In this document: one piece after another, positions 37,351 to 49,755 of the stretch | How positions within the stretch are numbered: the stretch's first letter is position 1 | Layout of the letters: the number at the start of each line of letters is the position of its first letter | From: Prorocentrum cordatum | Taxonomy: Eukaryota | Reading direction: 5' to 3' | NCBI GenBank assembly: GCA_963575745.1 | Contig: CAUYUJ010000225.1 | Span: 744,001-808,000, forward strand | DNA: 64,000 bases | Notes under the pieces: generated by a model | The model's input: the letters and a program-made list of their open reading frames with translations, nothing else | What the model was told of the DNA's origin: nothing | The model's database searches: none | Position numbers and translations under genes: made by a program

Positions 37351-37367
37351 CCTCCTCTGGCGACAGG
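37351..37367 (+). repeat. Right target-site duplication of the LINE (17 bp)
   Basis: Identical to 29415-29431. Confidence 0.93.
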
Positions 37368-38034
37368 ATCTTGCAGCAGGTTCCTCGCGTGCCTCCGCCG
37401 CCCCACAAAGAAACGTGGCCCTGCGCCCGTCGGGGGGGCCAGAACATGCCGCTCAGGAGGCCCTTGGTGGAGCCCCCGGGTGGAGCGGCAACATCCTGGA
37501 GCCCCTGGTGGGGCCCCCGGTGGAGCCCCCAGTGGAGCCCCCGGGTGGAGGATGTTCGCGCTGGCAGTGTCCAAATTCGGACGCCCGAACTATCCTTGAT
37601 AACTCTGGCCCATGGCAACTCCGGTTTGGGCCAAGAGTGACCTTCGGTGCGGACCGCGAAGGGGGCCAGATCCAAGCGCGCAGGCCAATGCTGGGGGGCA
37701 CCCGTGGGCCCGCACCAAAGGTCACTCCGTGTGACCCTGTCTGGCCGCCACTTCAACACCCCGAGGTCCTCGGCGACATGCAAGAGTGACCCTAGGCAAG
37801 AGTGACCTTTGATGCGCGGCCCAAGGGAGGGCCCTTTGGGGACACCACCAGGCCCGCAAGCCGGTGCTATCGCATCGCATGAGGCGATCGGGGGGCCCGT
37901 TGGGCTCGCACCAAAGGTCACCCCAGCGAAAGGTCACTCTCACGTATAGCCGAGATCCGACGTCGTCACGACTGGAGCCCTGGACCGCATCTTGCTGCGG
38001 CAGCTCTCGCGCCAGATCGATCTATGAAAGAATA

Positions 38035-39184
38035 TTTTGCCAATCGTATCCAAATTAATGCGACATACAAGGCATTCTTTGTACACCCGCCTCAGGCTCG
38101 CCTGGCAACGGCTATGCCGCGCCAGGGTCGCCGAAAAGCAGTTGACTGCGCAATTTCCTTTGGTCTCCTTTCTGGTCTAGGACTGAGTACGCACACTCTT
38201 TCGGCACCCCTGGTCCACTCCGACTCCAGCGTTTCGGCGTGTGGTTGGCTATCCTCTTCAAGACCTGCCACAACTAACCGCGCGGGGCAGGCCGACGCTG
38301 TCACGAACGGCACCTCTGTTTCCGACTGTGCGAAAGCACCACGCGTACCTCTTGAATGCAAAGGTACACTGTGTCTGGTTGTATTCTGGGACTCCTTCGT
38401 ACACACCAAAATTGCCAGAAGATGCCAAGCCAGGCTCTGAGAACCTGCTGTTTTGGCCTTCAAAAAAGGGAGGAAACAACTGCCCCATCTTTCGTGACAC
38501 CGCCGGCAACCGCAGCTAAGCCGGGCGATTGCCCCATTTTCCTTGAGCGGACACAAACCACGACCCAGGGGTGTGAGCCACCCGGCCCCTGCGTTAGGCG
38601 CTCGTGGATGATCAGAGCGCACCTGCGAAGCCCCCTTTCTGGTAAAGCCACAACTGCTACCTCTCTGACTGTTGGGAAAAAAGGCCGCACCACCGAAGAC
38701 GAGCTCCTGGAGAGACTTTCGGCTGATAGCCCATCTTTTGCCAAGCATATCCATATTAGTGCGACATACATGGCATTATTTGTACACCCGCCTCAGGCTC
38801 ACCTGGCAACGGCTATGCCGCGCAAGGGTCGCCGAGAAGCAGTTGACTGCGCAACTTCCTTTGGTCTCCTTTCTGGTCAAGGACTGAATCTGCACACTCT
38901 TTCGGGCACCCCTGGTCCAGTCCGTCTCCAGCGTTTCGGCGTGTGGTTGGCGATCCTCTTCAGGACCTGCCACAACCAACCACGCGGGGCAGGCCGACGC
39001 TGTCACGAACGGCACCTCTGTTTCCGACTGTGCGAAAGCACCACGCGTACCTCTTGAATGCAAAGGTACACTGTGTCTGGTTGTATTCTGGGACTCCTTC
39101 GTACACACCAAAATTGCCAGAAGATGCCAAGCCAGGCTCTGAGAACCTGCTGTTTTGGCCTTCAAAAAAGGGAGGAAACAACTG
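38035..39184. repeat. About 450-bp direct duplication (38035-38482 and 38736-39184)
   Basis: Aligned by eye; 3' about 200 bp appear identical, 5' part diverged. Confidence 0.9.
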
Positions 39185-39331
39185 AAGGTCCTGGGGGCCC
39201 GATGCAAGGCAAAGCCGCCCAACTTATCACAGAAATGCGACGCCAGGGCTTCGTCCTGGATACGCTTCTGGTGGTCCCTAGGCCCGATGGGGCCCCGAGG
39301 CCCGAGACCGATGAGAAATCATTGCTGATTG

Positions 39332-39511
39332 CTTAGCTGCCCCATTTCGCAACTCGCAGCCTGTAGCGTGTTGGCATGGAGACGTAAGTTTGGCGCGATA
39401 CTTTTGCCAAGACGTCGGCCATCACGCTGAGCCAACACGCAACGTGTTAACACGGACGTTCTGAACACGGTACGCGTTGCGTTTCAGAACGGGCGTATCA
39501 GGGCAGCTAAG
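39332..39511. mobile_element. MITE-like element B copy
   Basis: CTTAGCTGCCC...GGGCAGCTAAG, with shared internal GCCAACACGCAACGT..GGACGTT.TGAACACGG. Confidence 0.75.
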
Positions 39512-40052
39512 ATTGGTCGAACAACAGGTTGAAACAATTCCGGTGGCAACTTATGGAAGCCTCCCATACCATCTCGTTGACTCTTGCGAAACGACGCGAA
39601 GCCAACACTAGCCGACGCCACATCGGCGCTTTCTCATTGATTGACAGACGCTGGCGCACGCTGGCGCACTCTAAAGGCTGAGCAGCAAGGACACGCAAGG
39701 CTCCCACGATCTGCTTCCGAAGGATGGGAGCCCACCGGGCCGAAATCGAGGAGAAGGAAGCACTGGTTGGAAGAATCACTTCGCCAGAGATCCGGGCCCC
39801 GTTCGAGCGCCGGCGGCGGCCACCAGATCGAGGCCGGCGCCGCCCGAGGAGGAGGAGGCAGAGGAGGAGGAGGAGGAGGAGGAGGAGGAGGAGGGCGAAG
39901 GAGGAGGAGGAGGAGGAGGAGGGCGAAGGAGGAAGAGGACGAGGAGGGCGAAGGAGGAGGAGGACGAGGGCGAAGGAGGAGGAGGACGAGGGCGAAAGAG
40001 GGAGAGGAGGAGGGCGAAGGATGAGGAGGAGGAAGAGGAGGAGGAGGAGCAG

Positions 40053-40084
<32 letters not shown>

Positions 40085-40120
40085 GGAGGAGGCCAACGCC
40101 CGCGGGTGCTGCCCGAGCCC

Positions 40121-40164
40121 CTGGCGTCCCCGCTCGGGAGCGTCACCCGCTGCGGGCGGGGCTC
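40121..40164 (-). CDS. Tentative upstream exon
   Basis: EPRPQRVTLPSGDA(R) has phases that would bridge the 47741 and 26084 exons, but it needs an atypical GG donor. Confidence 0.25.
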
Positions 40165-43100
40165 CTGCTGGTGGGGCCCGGCCGGGCGGCGGTGGGCAGC
40201 GGCTTCGGTCGCAACGCACGGGGTCCTCCCATGCCATCTGGCTGGCTGTCGACTGACGCTAGTCGACGCATGTCGGCGCTGAAGCGACGCTCGTCGACGC
40301 CAAATCTGCGTCTTCTCATAGATGGCCAGACGCCACGGTGGATGGAACAGATGTAGCGACAATAGTTCGTAACGTTGGAATTTCGCCATTCTTAGGACGC
40401 GAGTTCTCGGTTGGGCAGGATCGGCGGCTGCACCTGAACATGTCAACCAACAAAATAAGCACGAACATCGGACACGTGTTTTCCACCTACGATCGTTGCT
40501 GCTTGGGCCGTGGTTCCATCTCTCCTTGACTGGAGGAACTCCAATGTTGGGAATTTGGTTTCGCGGTGCTTTTTCATCCACGGAAGCGCACTCTAGTGCA
40601 CCCACCATCTGCTACCGAAGGCAGCCCCAGCGGCGGCGGCGACGGCCCCTCTGACCTGGGCGAGAGAGCGACAAGCCGAGCATTCGGAAGGGCGCGCGGG
40701 CAGCAGAGCGCGCTTGGCAACTCTTCGTGAACAAAAACAAAGACGGCAGTGCAAAGTGATTGCGCGTGTGTAAGGGCTCGGGCTGCGAAGCAGAACGCCG
40801 CAGCGAATCGCGACTGCGAAACACAAAACGAAGAGCCCGTCAAATCCGGGCGACTCAGAAAACACGACGGCCGATTTCATTGTCGCCCTGGGACCCTGGA
40901 GCCTGTTCCAAAGCCTTGGGGCCGTCAAAGACGATTCAGGGATGAGAATCTGGCCCCAGTGGAGTGGTCGATATCCCTAATTAAGAGGTGGACGGCACGA
41001 TGAGCCTTCCATCGGCAGCGCCAGCGCTCGCGGGCGCGGGGGACGAGTCCGCCGGAGCGCGCCGAGCGCGAAGCGCGCGGGGCGGGTGGGGCGCTGCGGA
41101 CGGCGTGCGGCGAGCGTGGGAGCAGCGGGCAGACGCCACGCAGAACCCGCAGCGTCGGGGGGGGGGCGGGCAGGCGGCAGGCGCCAGCGGGCGACGGGCG
41201 GTGGGCGGCGGCGACGGGCAGCAGGCGACCGGCGGCGTGCGGAGGCGGCCCCGGCGGCGGCGACCACTGCCCTATGCGGCGACAGTGGCGATGACGGCGG
41301 CGGCGGCGGCAACGGCGGCGGCGAGGGCGGCGTGCCGTCTCGCTTCGCACCGGACAGAAGCCCCCCCTTCCCCCCTCTCCCCTCCGCCTCTCGACCTCCC
41401 TGGCCACCCCGCCCCACTCCTTGCCCTTCCTCGCCTCCCCGATTCCAGCCTCCCTCCTCCCATCCCCGCCCTTCGCGCCCCCCGTCGTCCCTCGGTTTAG
41501 GGCTTAGGGTTCAGGTTCCCTTCCTCGCCTCCCCGATTCCAGCCTCCTCCCCCCTCCGACGCCCGGGGCGTTCTCAACACCATGGGGGCCCAGAGCTCTC
41601 GCCCGCGTCCCCTTCGGGCGGTCGGGCTCGCCCGGGGCGGCTCCTGCGCGAGGGCCCTCGGGGGCCCGGGCCTCCAGAGGCCCGAGCAAGAGAAACTGAA
41701 GGGGCCCTGGGACACACCGATCAATACACGCAAATAGCAGGATCCCCAATATTTTCCTTTTTTTGTTTTTTTGATTTTCGTCTTCCCCCCACTGCCCGTA
41801 GTTTCCATAATTTCCCAGGAGTCGACGAGCAATTGTGTCTGTGTGTTTCTCCCCTCTTGGAAAACCACAGCGCCCGAGGCCTGGGACCCCCTCCCGCACA
41901 TCATCTCGACGAGAGGCAGAGAAGCGAGTGGAGAAGTGAGCAGCAATGCGATGATCCTCTTCTTATGTTGTTCCGATCCTACTTAAGGGCCGCATCCCAG
42001 AAATAATTTCGAGCACCCGGAAAAGTGTCAAAATAATGTCGACACAGTGTCGAAACAGTGTCAGTCTCCCAGGGCCCGACACGTGAAAACCCTTGAGTTT
42101 CGGTACTTCTTCGGGCGCTCGAAATTCTTCCTGGTGGTCAAAGTAAGTTGGAGCATCATAATCCTCTTCGCGTGAACTATAATCCTGCCGTTCTTCGAGA
42201 ATTTGTTCATCACCGCACACGAGAGGCGGCGAAAAGAGACGGATCTCAGGCAAGAGGACATGGCGGCCTTACGCCGCGGCTTCGCGGGCCGCCGGCCAGG
42301 GGAAGGGAAGGAGGAGGGAAGGGACAACGGGGAGGGAGAAGGATGGAGCGGCACAGAGATTTACAGGAGGGAGGTTATGAGCACGAAAACAGGCGGCAGA
42401 ACCAGACGGGCACATCGGGCGGGCGGACCCTCATGGGCGGGTCGGGCGGGCGGGCCCACACGGCCGGGTCGAGCGAGCGCGTCGCTGAAGCGTCCGTCCT
42501 GGAGGAACCGCGAGACTTGGAGAGCTGGCCTTCGGCGCGATCAGGAGCCCCAGTCCCGAGCAGAAGAGGAAGAAGTATCGAGCGGGAGCGCTGTTGTTGT
42601 TGGTGGTGGTGGTGTTGTCGTGTGTTGTTGCTGCTGCTGCTGCTGTTGTTGTTGATGTTGTTGCTGTTGTCCTCGTTGCTGTTGTTGTTGGTGGTGGTGC
42701 TGCTGCTGTTGGTGGTGGTCATGGTGTTGGTGTTGGTTTTGTTGTTGTTGGTGTTGGTGGGGGGCCGGTTTCGGCGCACCCCCGAAACGCCTGAGCCTGA
42801 ACCTACTTTTCAAAGGAACTGCAGCTGGCGCCGAGGCGAAAGCGCCAGGGCGGGTCCAGGGGGTCCAACAACAATCGTTGGTAAGCAATTGAGATTTAAC
42901 AGCAATCATGTTAAGACTGTTTGCTCCTTTTTCCTCGCGTACCATTCAACACGTAATATCCCAAACCCTCTGTACCAGCCCTCTTCGTCTTCGATTGTTT
43001 CCCCTCGGGGGTATATCTTCCTTACCTGCGACGCGTGTTTAGCGCAGCCCCTTAAACGGGAGAAAAGAGGATTGATGGAAGGGGGAGGGAGAAGGAGGGA

Positions 43101-44789
43101 GCACGGGAGAGATTAGCAGAAGGGGGGCTAGGAGAAAAAAAACGTGCAGAACCAGACGGGCAGATCGGTCGAGTAGACCCTAACGGGCGGGTCGGGAAGG
43201 CGGGCCCAGGCGGTCAGGTCGAGCAGGCGGGCTGCTGAAGCGTGAGTCCAGCATGAATGCGAGGTCTCAAGCGATAGCGCGATTCCCAAGTAATTCTTGA
43301 AAAAAGCCAAAACGAGAGCATGATTCCTAAGTGTCGAGGGCGCGGCGTCATAATAATGTGTGAGGGAATTCCACGCGAGAGTGCGATTCCTGTATACATT
43401 GTGGGGAAGTCCCGCGCGAGATCGCGATTTCATAATAATAAGTTGTGCAGAAGTTTCAGGCCGGAGCCGTTGCTGTTGGCACTCGGGAGCCAGGGGCCTA
43501 GTTTGGTGACGCCCAGCTTTCCCTTGTACAAACAGTGTGCGAGCCCCGGGAGGAGAACTTTACTTGAAACATGGAATGGTCACTGGAGGGGGGATCAACA
43601 ATACTTAGTCTGTAGAAAAGAAAACTCAACAGCACAACAACAGCAACAACCAACAACATCAATCATTCCAATACTGTTCGCTCTTATCTGCTCACGTATC
43701 ACTCAACATGTATATCCCAAACCATCGATGTTCCACTCTCTTCGTTTTCGATCGTGCCCCCTTTGGAAGGTTATATTCATTGTGTAGTTGGTGCAGTCCG
43801 GGCTCTTGAGGGTTCTTGGGGACCTCTTGAGCCTCCTAGGCGCCTCTTGGGGCGGAAGGCTCGAATTTTCCGTTCGTGTTCTCCCGCTTGGGCTCCTCTT
43901 GAAGCCGTCTTGTGGCCCTCTTGGATGCCTCTGGGGCCGTGGTGTGGCGGTCTCGGGGCCTCTGTGGACGTCTTGGAGCGTCGGAAGCTAAAAAAATGGA
44001 GAACACCCAAAATACCGAAAGAACAAACAATGTAATATCAAGATGGCCTCTCGGGACCCTCTTGGGAAGGCTATTGGGTCTCCCTTGGGGTGTCTCGAAA
44101 GCTTCAGGGCCGTCTTAAAGCCATTTTGGACGTCTTGCAGCGATCGTTCGGCGACTCTGGTCCCCCTTGGGCCGTCTTGGGGGCATCTCGGTCCATCTTG
44201 AGGCCCTCTTGAACCCCAAAAACTAATGCGGGAAGACGCGACGGGGCCCAGGGGAACCACGCCAGGTCCAAGAAGATTCGAGAGTTTACGGTCTGGGCCT
44301 CTAAGAAATTCCTCAGGATTGAAGACTGAGGCTCAGGGGATTGGGCAAAGGACCTGCGGACACGACACTCCGCGCCCAACGGCACGCTGGCGGATACGGA
44401 AGTCCTTGACGAAAGCGTGACTCCTGAGTGTCGAGGGCGCGGCGCCTGAAGAAAGTTGCACATCGGGGGCCAGGGGCCCAGTTTGAGTCTCACTTTCTCG
44501 AAAATAGGGTGCGAGCTCCCGGGGAGGCACTTCAATGAAATGCTTGATAAATTAAGATTTGACAACAAGACCGTCCCTGGCTCCTTTTTTGTAATAGCCA
44601 ATGACTGCTTGGAGCGCGTTTCTTTATTTTTGGCGAGAATGGCCATCATAGGGGGGGTATAATGTAACGCCCCTCCCCGCCGTGTGGCTCCAGCACCACA
44701 GCCGCACCCTCGCGCACGCCGACGATGAGCGACGAGGGACGACGACGACGACGACGACGCGAACAGCATGTAGGTGGCGACCCTTCCCC

Positions 44790-45095
44790 ACAGCGCCTGT
44801 GTACACCACCATGCTCGCGTGCACCACAGCGCGCGTGTACACCACAGCGTCTGCGTACACCGCAACAGCCGTGTGCGACGCAACGCCTGTGTACACCACA
44901 GTGCTTGCGTGCACTACAGCGCCAGTGTACATCACAGCGAATGTGTAACACCGCAGCAAACATGTGCAACACAGCGCCTGTGTACACCACAATGCTTGCG
45001 TGCAGCGCAGCGCCTGTGCACACCACAGCGCCTGTCTACACCACAGCATCCGCGGGCACGCAGCGCTGGTGTACACCACAGTGCCTGCGTGCACA
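44790..45095. repeat. Minisatellite, 18-bp unit GTACACCACAGCGCCTGT
   Basis: Directly visible, degenerate. Confidence 0.85.
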
Positions 45096-45369
45096 GGACA
45101 GGTAGAACGAGCATGTAGGTGAGGATCTGCTGCGGGCAACTAACCGCCACGCCATGGAAGTACCGATAATAGAATGCGACGCTCTTCTCTCCGCCCTGCT
45201 TGGCCACCTCCACCTCCTCATCCTCCTCCTCCGAAGAGGAGGAGGAGAAGGAGAAGGAAGAGGAGGAGGAGGAGGAGGAGGAGGAGGAGGAGGAAAAGGA
45301 GGAAACGGAGGAGGAGAAGAGGAGCAGAAGGAAGATGACGAGTTTTAACCAGGAACACAGGACCACAAT

Positions 45370-45682
45370 GTCGGATCCCTATGCGGATCCCTTTGCGGGC
45401 CCCTATGCGAATTCCTATGTGCAAAGGCGGATCCCTATGCGGATCCATGCGCGGATCCCAATGCGGATGCTTGTGCGGATCCCGATGCGGATCCCGATGC
45501 GGACGCCTATGCGGATGCCCATGCGCAGTGCCATGCGAATCCCTATGCGAATCTCTATTCGGCTCCTTACGCGGCGTGCGGATCCCTGTGCAGATGGGCA
45601 TGCGCATGCCTATGCGGATCCCCATGAGATGTCCAACGCGGACCAGGCTCCTATGCGGACGCCGATGCGGATCCCGATGCGC
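45370..45682. repeat. Minisatellite, 12-bp unit ATGCGGATCCCT
   Basis: Directly visible, degenerate. Confidence 0.85.
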
Positions 45683-46179
45683 ACGGCGACAGTGCCCGGA
45701 GCGCACTGGGGGGGGAGGGGCGTTACGTTATGGGGGGGCGGGGAGGCCAGCCAGCCCGGGCGCCACCTCCGCCCTCAACAGCACCCGCCTGCCTGGGCGG
45801 CTTTCCGTGCGTGGTCACCCAGACGGCCCCGTACGGCATCCTCGACCTTTCTCTGCCCATTATGCTTGGGTCGGGCCTGTCCCCCTGCGGGGGGATTTTG
45901 GGCGAAGAATCAAAGAATGCCCCGCGAATGGGCAAAAATTGTCAAAAAATCGTCCCCTGACTATTTTGTTGACTATTTTTGAATTTTCCTCCTGTAGAGG
46001 GACGGGCCCGACTTAACAGTAGGCCCAAAGCGATGAAGAAACACAGGAATGCGGGAGGCACGGGTCGCGAGACACAGGACACGAGGGCACCCTTGAGCTG
46101 GCAGGGTCGACCTGCTATTCCAGGCCGACCGTATGGCATCCTCAACCTTTCTCTGCCCACTGAGCATTTTTAGGGGCTT

Positions 46180-46317
46180 ACATGCGAACCCTACCCCTAC
46201 CCCCCACGATTTCTGAGGGGGAGGGTGGGATTCACTTCGTTAGGGAGCTCACGAGCGAAGTGAACCCCACCCTCCCCCTCAGAAATCGTGGGGGGGGTAG
46301 GGGTAGGGTTCGCATGT
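46180..46317. repeat. Near-perfect 138-bp palindrome (foldback element C)
   Basis: ACATGCGAACCCTACCCCTAC...GTAGGGGTAGGGTTCGCATGT centred on GAGCTC. Related copy at about 15586-15702. Confidence 0.85.
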
Positions 46318-47060
46318 GGCCCCATAATTTTCCCAGGGTGGAGGACTCAGGGTGAAATCCACCTGGGCTCTAGCCCCTCGAACACCAGTCCGCCTTGCGA
46401 CGCACCTTTTGCAGATTCGGGCCCCGAAAATCCATCGAAACGGCATTTCAGATTTCACCCTTCGCCCTCTACCCAAAGAAAATGCTCGGATTAGTTACCA
46501 GCCTCGAACGTATCCCTATCCCTAAGGTTGACACGCCAAAAGGCGATGACAACCTTAGGGATCCGCCCTCAAAAAATAAGGGAATCCGTAAGATTGGCAT
46601 CGTGATGAGGAGGTGCCCAGCATAGGGGTAGGGATATGTTCCAGGCTGGTAAATTATGCCCAGATCGATGAAGAACACACACACTCCAGCCTGGACGCCA
46701 GAAGCCACGAGCACATGGAGGCAGAGGCCGCGTCGGCCAGGCGCCGAACCCCACCGGGACCCCAGGGGCACGCGCAAACAAATACACACAGATGACGGGA
46801 TTCCCCATCTTGTCCTACATTTCCTGGCTCTTGTCTTCCCCCCCACCCCCCATATTTTCTAATACTTTCTTCCTGGAGATCGACGATTCATTGTGTCTGT
46901 GTGTTTCTTTCCCTCCGGATTCTTGCGACATGCCAGCGCAAGCAGACCCGAGGCAGCGAGGGTATCGCTGGCTTCCGTCGCCGACGGAGAAGCACCCCTC
47001 AGAATGCTCCCTGGGCTGCAGCGGAGCGGGCGAGGCCGGAGCACCTCGGCAAGGTGCTCT

Positions 47061-47234
47061 TGAAGGGGCCCCAGGACACACAAATAAACACACACACACA
47101 CAAATGAAAATGCTCCCCATATTTTGCAATATTTTCTGGGCTTCTGTCTTCCCCCCCACTGCCCATAGTTTCCCATATTTTCCAGGGGGTCGACGATGAA
47201 CTGTGTCTGTGAGTTTTTGCCCCTCCTGAGTGTG
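47061..47234 (+). mobile_element. Short dispersed repeat family F (about 170 bp)
   Basis: TGAAGGGGCCCCAGGACACACAAATAAACACAC...GTCGACGA..TGTGTCTGTG. Copies near 20324, 41697, 46760 and 49929. Confidence 0.75.
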
Positions 47235-47740
47235 GCGGAGTGGGCGAGGCCGGAGCACCTCGGCAAGGTGCTCTCGCACCCGCCGGGTGCGCCGGAGCCT
47301 GCGGGTCTTCACGTGAACCCGTGCGCTGTGTTGCCCAAGCCAGGAGTCGGCGGTGGACAGACCTCCCTCTGGTAAACCTCGCCTTAGCGAAAACGGCCTG
47401 GGACCGAAATCCGCAGGCCTGGGCCCGCAAAAATGACGGCCGCGCCGCCCTCTCGCGAACCGAAAACGGCCCATTCCTGAATCGACGTGTCAGAACAAGA
47501 GGTCGATCGACCTCCGAAAGAGAAGGCCCAAGACCCCCGACGTCGTGAGAAACTCACGACGTTGGCCCCCCGAAATCTGGAGACCTTCCCTGGGGCCGGC
47601 TTTTCCTCCCGAGCCCTTTTCTGACGCTCCCGAGGCCCGGCGAGGGCCTCCAGAGGCCGAAACTTGTCAAAAAAACCTTTCGGCGTGAGTTTCTCGCGAC
47701 GTCGGGGGTCTCCGCTGGAGAGCCGGCTGTCGCCGCCGTC

Positions 47741-47833
47741 CTGGCGCCAGCTGCCGAGCAGCATCTCGACGGCGCCCGGGGCCAGGCCCTGCCCGCTGCC
47801 CAGGCGGAAGCCGGCGCTCCCCAGGCCGAAGGC
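47741..47833 (-). CDS. Tentative upstream exon
   Basis: AFGLGSAGFRLGSGQGLAPGAVEMLLGSWRQ, near-all G/C third positions, AG acceptor and GA donor. No domain recognised. Confidence 0.45.
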
Positions 47834-48029
47834 CTCGGCCCGCCCGGCCAGCCCGGGCGGGGGGCCTCCTCCCCCCCCCCCCCCACTGGCCATCGCTCGG
47901 ACGTCCATTCCCTGTGTTTGTTTCGGTTTCGTGCGTGGCTTTTTCGCCAAATGATCAAGGGTGCTCCTCGATGGTCCTCGCCGAAGGAAAAATACACACG
48001 TCCGAGCGATGCCAGGCCCACGGACTTCG

Positions 48030-48790
48030 AGGAGCAAGGATCGAGGATTCAGGATCGAGGACCAAGGATCAAGAATCGAGCGAGGGTCGAGGATCGATGA
48101 GCAAGGATCAGGCGTCGAGGATCCAGCATCGAGGGTGAAGGATGAAGAGGAAAGCATCGAGGATCTAGCATTAGGGATCTAGTTTAAAGGAACTAGCATC
48201 ACGGATGAGGGATCGAGGGTCACGGATCGAGGATCAAGGACCAAGGATCGAGGATAAAGGATCGAGGATCGGATCAAGGATCGATGATCAAGAATCAAGA
48301 ATCAAGGATCGATGATTGAAGATCGAGGATCGAAGGTCATCATCATCATCATCACCAGCATCATCATCACTATCATCACAATCATAATCATCATCAGCAG
48401 CAGCAGCGCTCATCATCATCACCAACAGCATCAGCATCATCATCGCCACTACCACCACCATCATCATCATCATCATCATCATCAGCATCAGCATCATCAT
48501 CATCATCGTCATTATCATCATCAGCAGCATCATCATCATCATCATCACCACCACCATCACCATCACCATCATCATCGCCACTACCATCATCATAATCAGC
48601 ATCATCATCAACATCAACAACATCAACATCATCACTGTCCATCCTCAGCATCATCATCAGCATCATCATCATCAACATCATCGTCATCACTATGACCATC
48701 ATCATCACTATGACCATCACCACAATCACCAGCACCATCACTACCACCAACACAACAACCATCACCATCACGTTTCCAAGCATCATCATA
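48030..48790. repeat. (GGATCGA/GGATCAA)n tract followed by (CAT)n microsatellite
   Basis: Heptamer repeats to about 48335, then CAT repeats. Confidence 0.9.
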
Positions 48791-49552
48791 TTATCAGTAG
48801 TCACGGCTGTCCCTGCCTTGCTGCTGCCGAGTGTCTCTGGCGCTAGCATAAGCGATCCACTCATCTCTGCGGTTGCCTCCCTAGGCCATGCTCTGGAAAT
48901 TCGGTGCCACAATAGTCGCCCGAGATTATGCAACCGACTGGCCAAAGCGCCTCCATCACGGATGAATCTGAAACCATTCGGGCGACGTTGTCCCTCCATG
49001 GCCGTTCCAGGTATGGAGGTTCGTGCAGGTACTCAAGGTCGTGGAGCGCTGCAACCAGGTCGTCAACTCGCACAGGTGGCGTAGCGGCAGGGAGGAAGGG
49101 GGGGAAGTCTAGCGCTACCTCGACCCTATTCGGGGCTCTTGTCTCCAGAGCGGGGCGGGCTCACGCGCGCCTCACCCCTCTCAGCGGCCCTGTCACCCAA
49201 ACCGCGTTTGCTGGACCCTTCTACCGTGGAGTCTGCCTGCCCTCCGATAGACACCTGTCGAAAGCTGCCAGAGAGAAAGGGCCGGGCCGCGCGGCGCCTG
49301 GAGGCGGCGACGAGAAGGGCCACAGAGGGTAAAAGAAAAACAAGGAGAACGAGGAGTTGAGCTGAGTTGGGCGCTCCCCAAAGCGGTTCCTTACTACCCC
49401 CCGATGGTACTCTGAAAGCCAGTGCTCCGGCACCCTGCTCTTGCCGCCTGAGAGCGAGGAGAGACAATTAATGGAGAGGGCACTACGGACTTTGCTATCG
49501 CGCGAGCCCGATGGGTCGCAACGACGGGAACATCCGCTGTCCCACCGGATCA

Positions 49553-49755
49553 ATTAGTTGCACCGATACGTAACACGCAACATGTTAGTAGCGAATTGAT
49601 ACGGAGCTCACCACGTAGGCTGAAAACGTAGGTCTGACGCGCTACATTCGCCAAAACATGGTCCCATACGTGGAGCCAACACGCAGCGTATTGGCACGGA
49701 CGTCTTGAACACAGGACATGTTGCGTTTCAAAACGGGCGTATCGAGGCAGCTAAG
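49553..49755. mobile_element. MITE-like element B copy (left TIR decayed)
   Basis: Colinear with 63453-63643 and ends ATCGAGGCAGCTAAG. Confidence 0.75.

Noticed and set aside
38035..39184. LTR pair or TRIM element
   Set aside because: No clear TG..CA ends, primer-binding site, polypurine tract or TSD.
44119..44129. Partial SL match AGCCATTTTGG
   Set aside because: Only 11 nt, lacks CTCAAG and no coding sequence follows.
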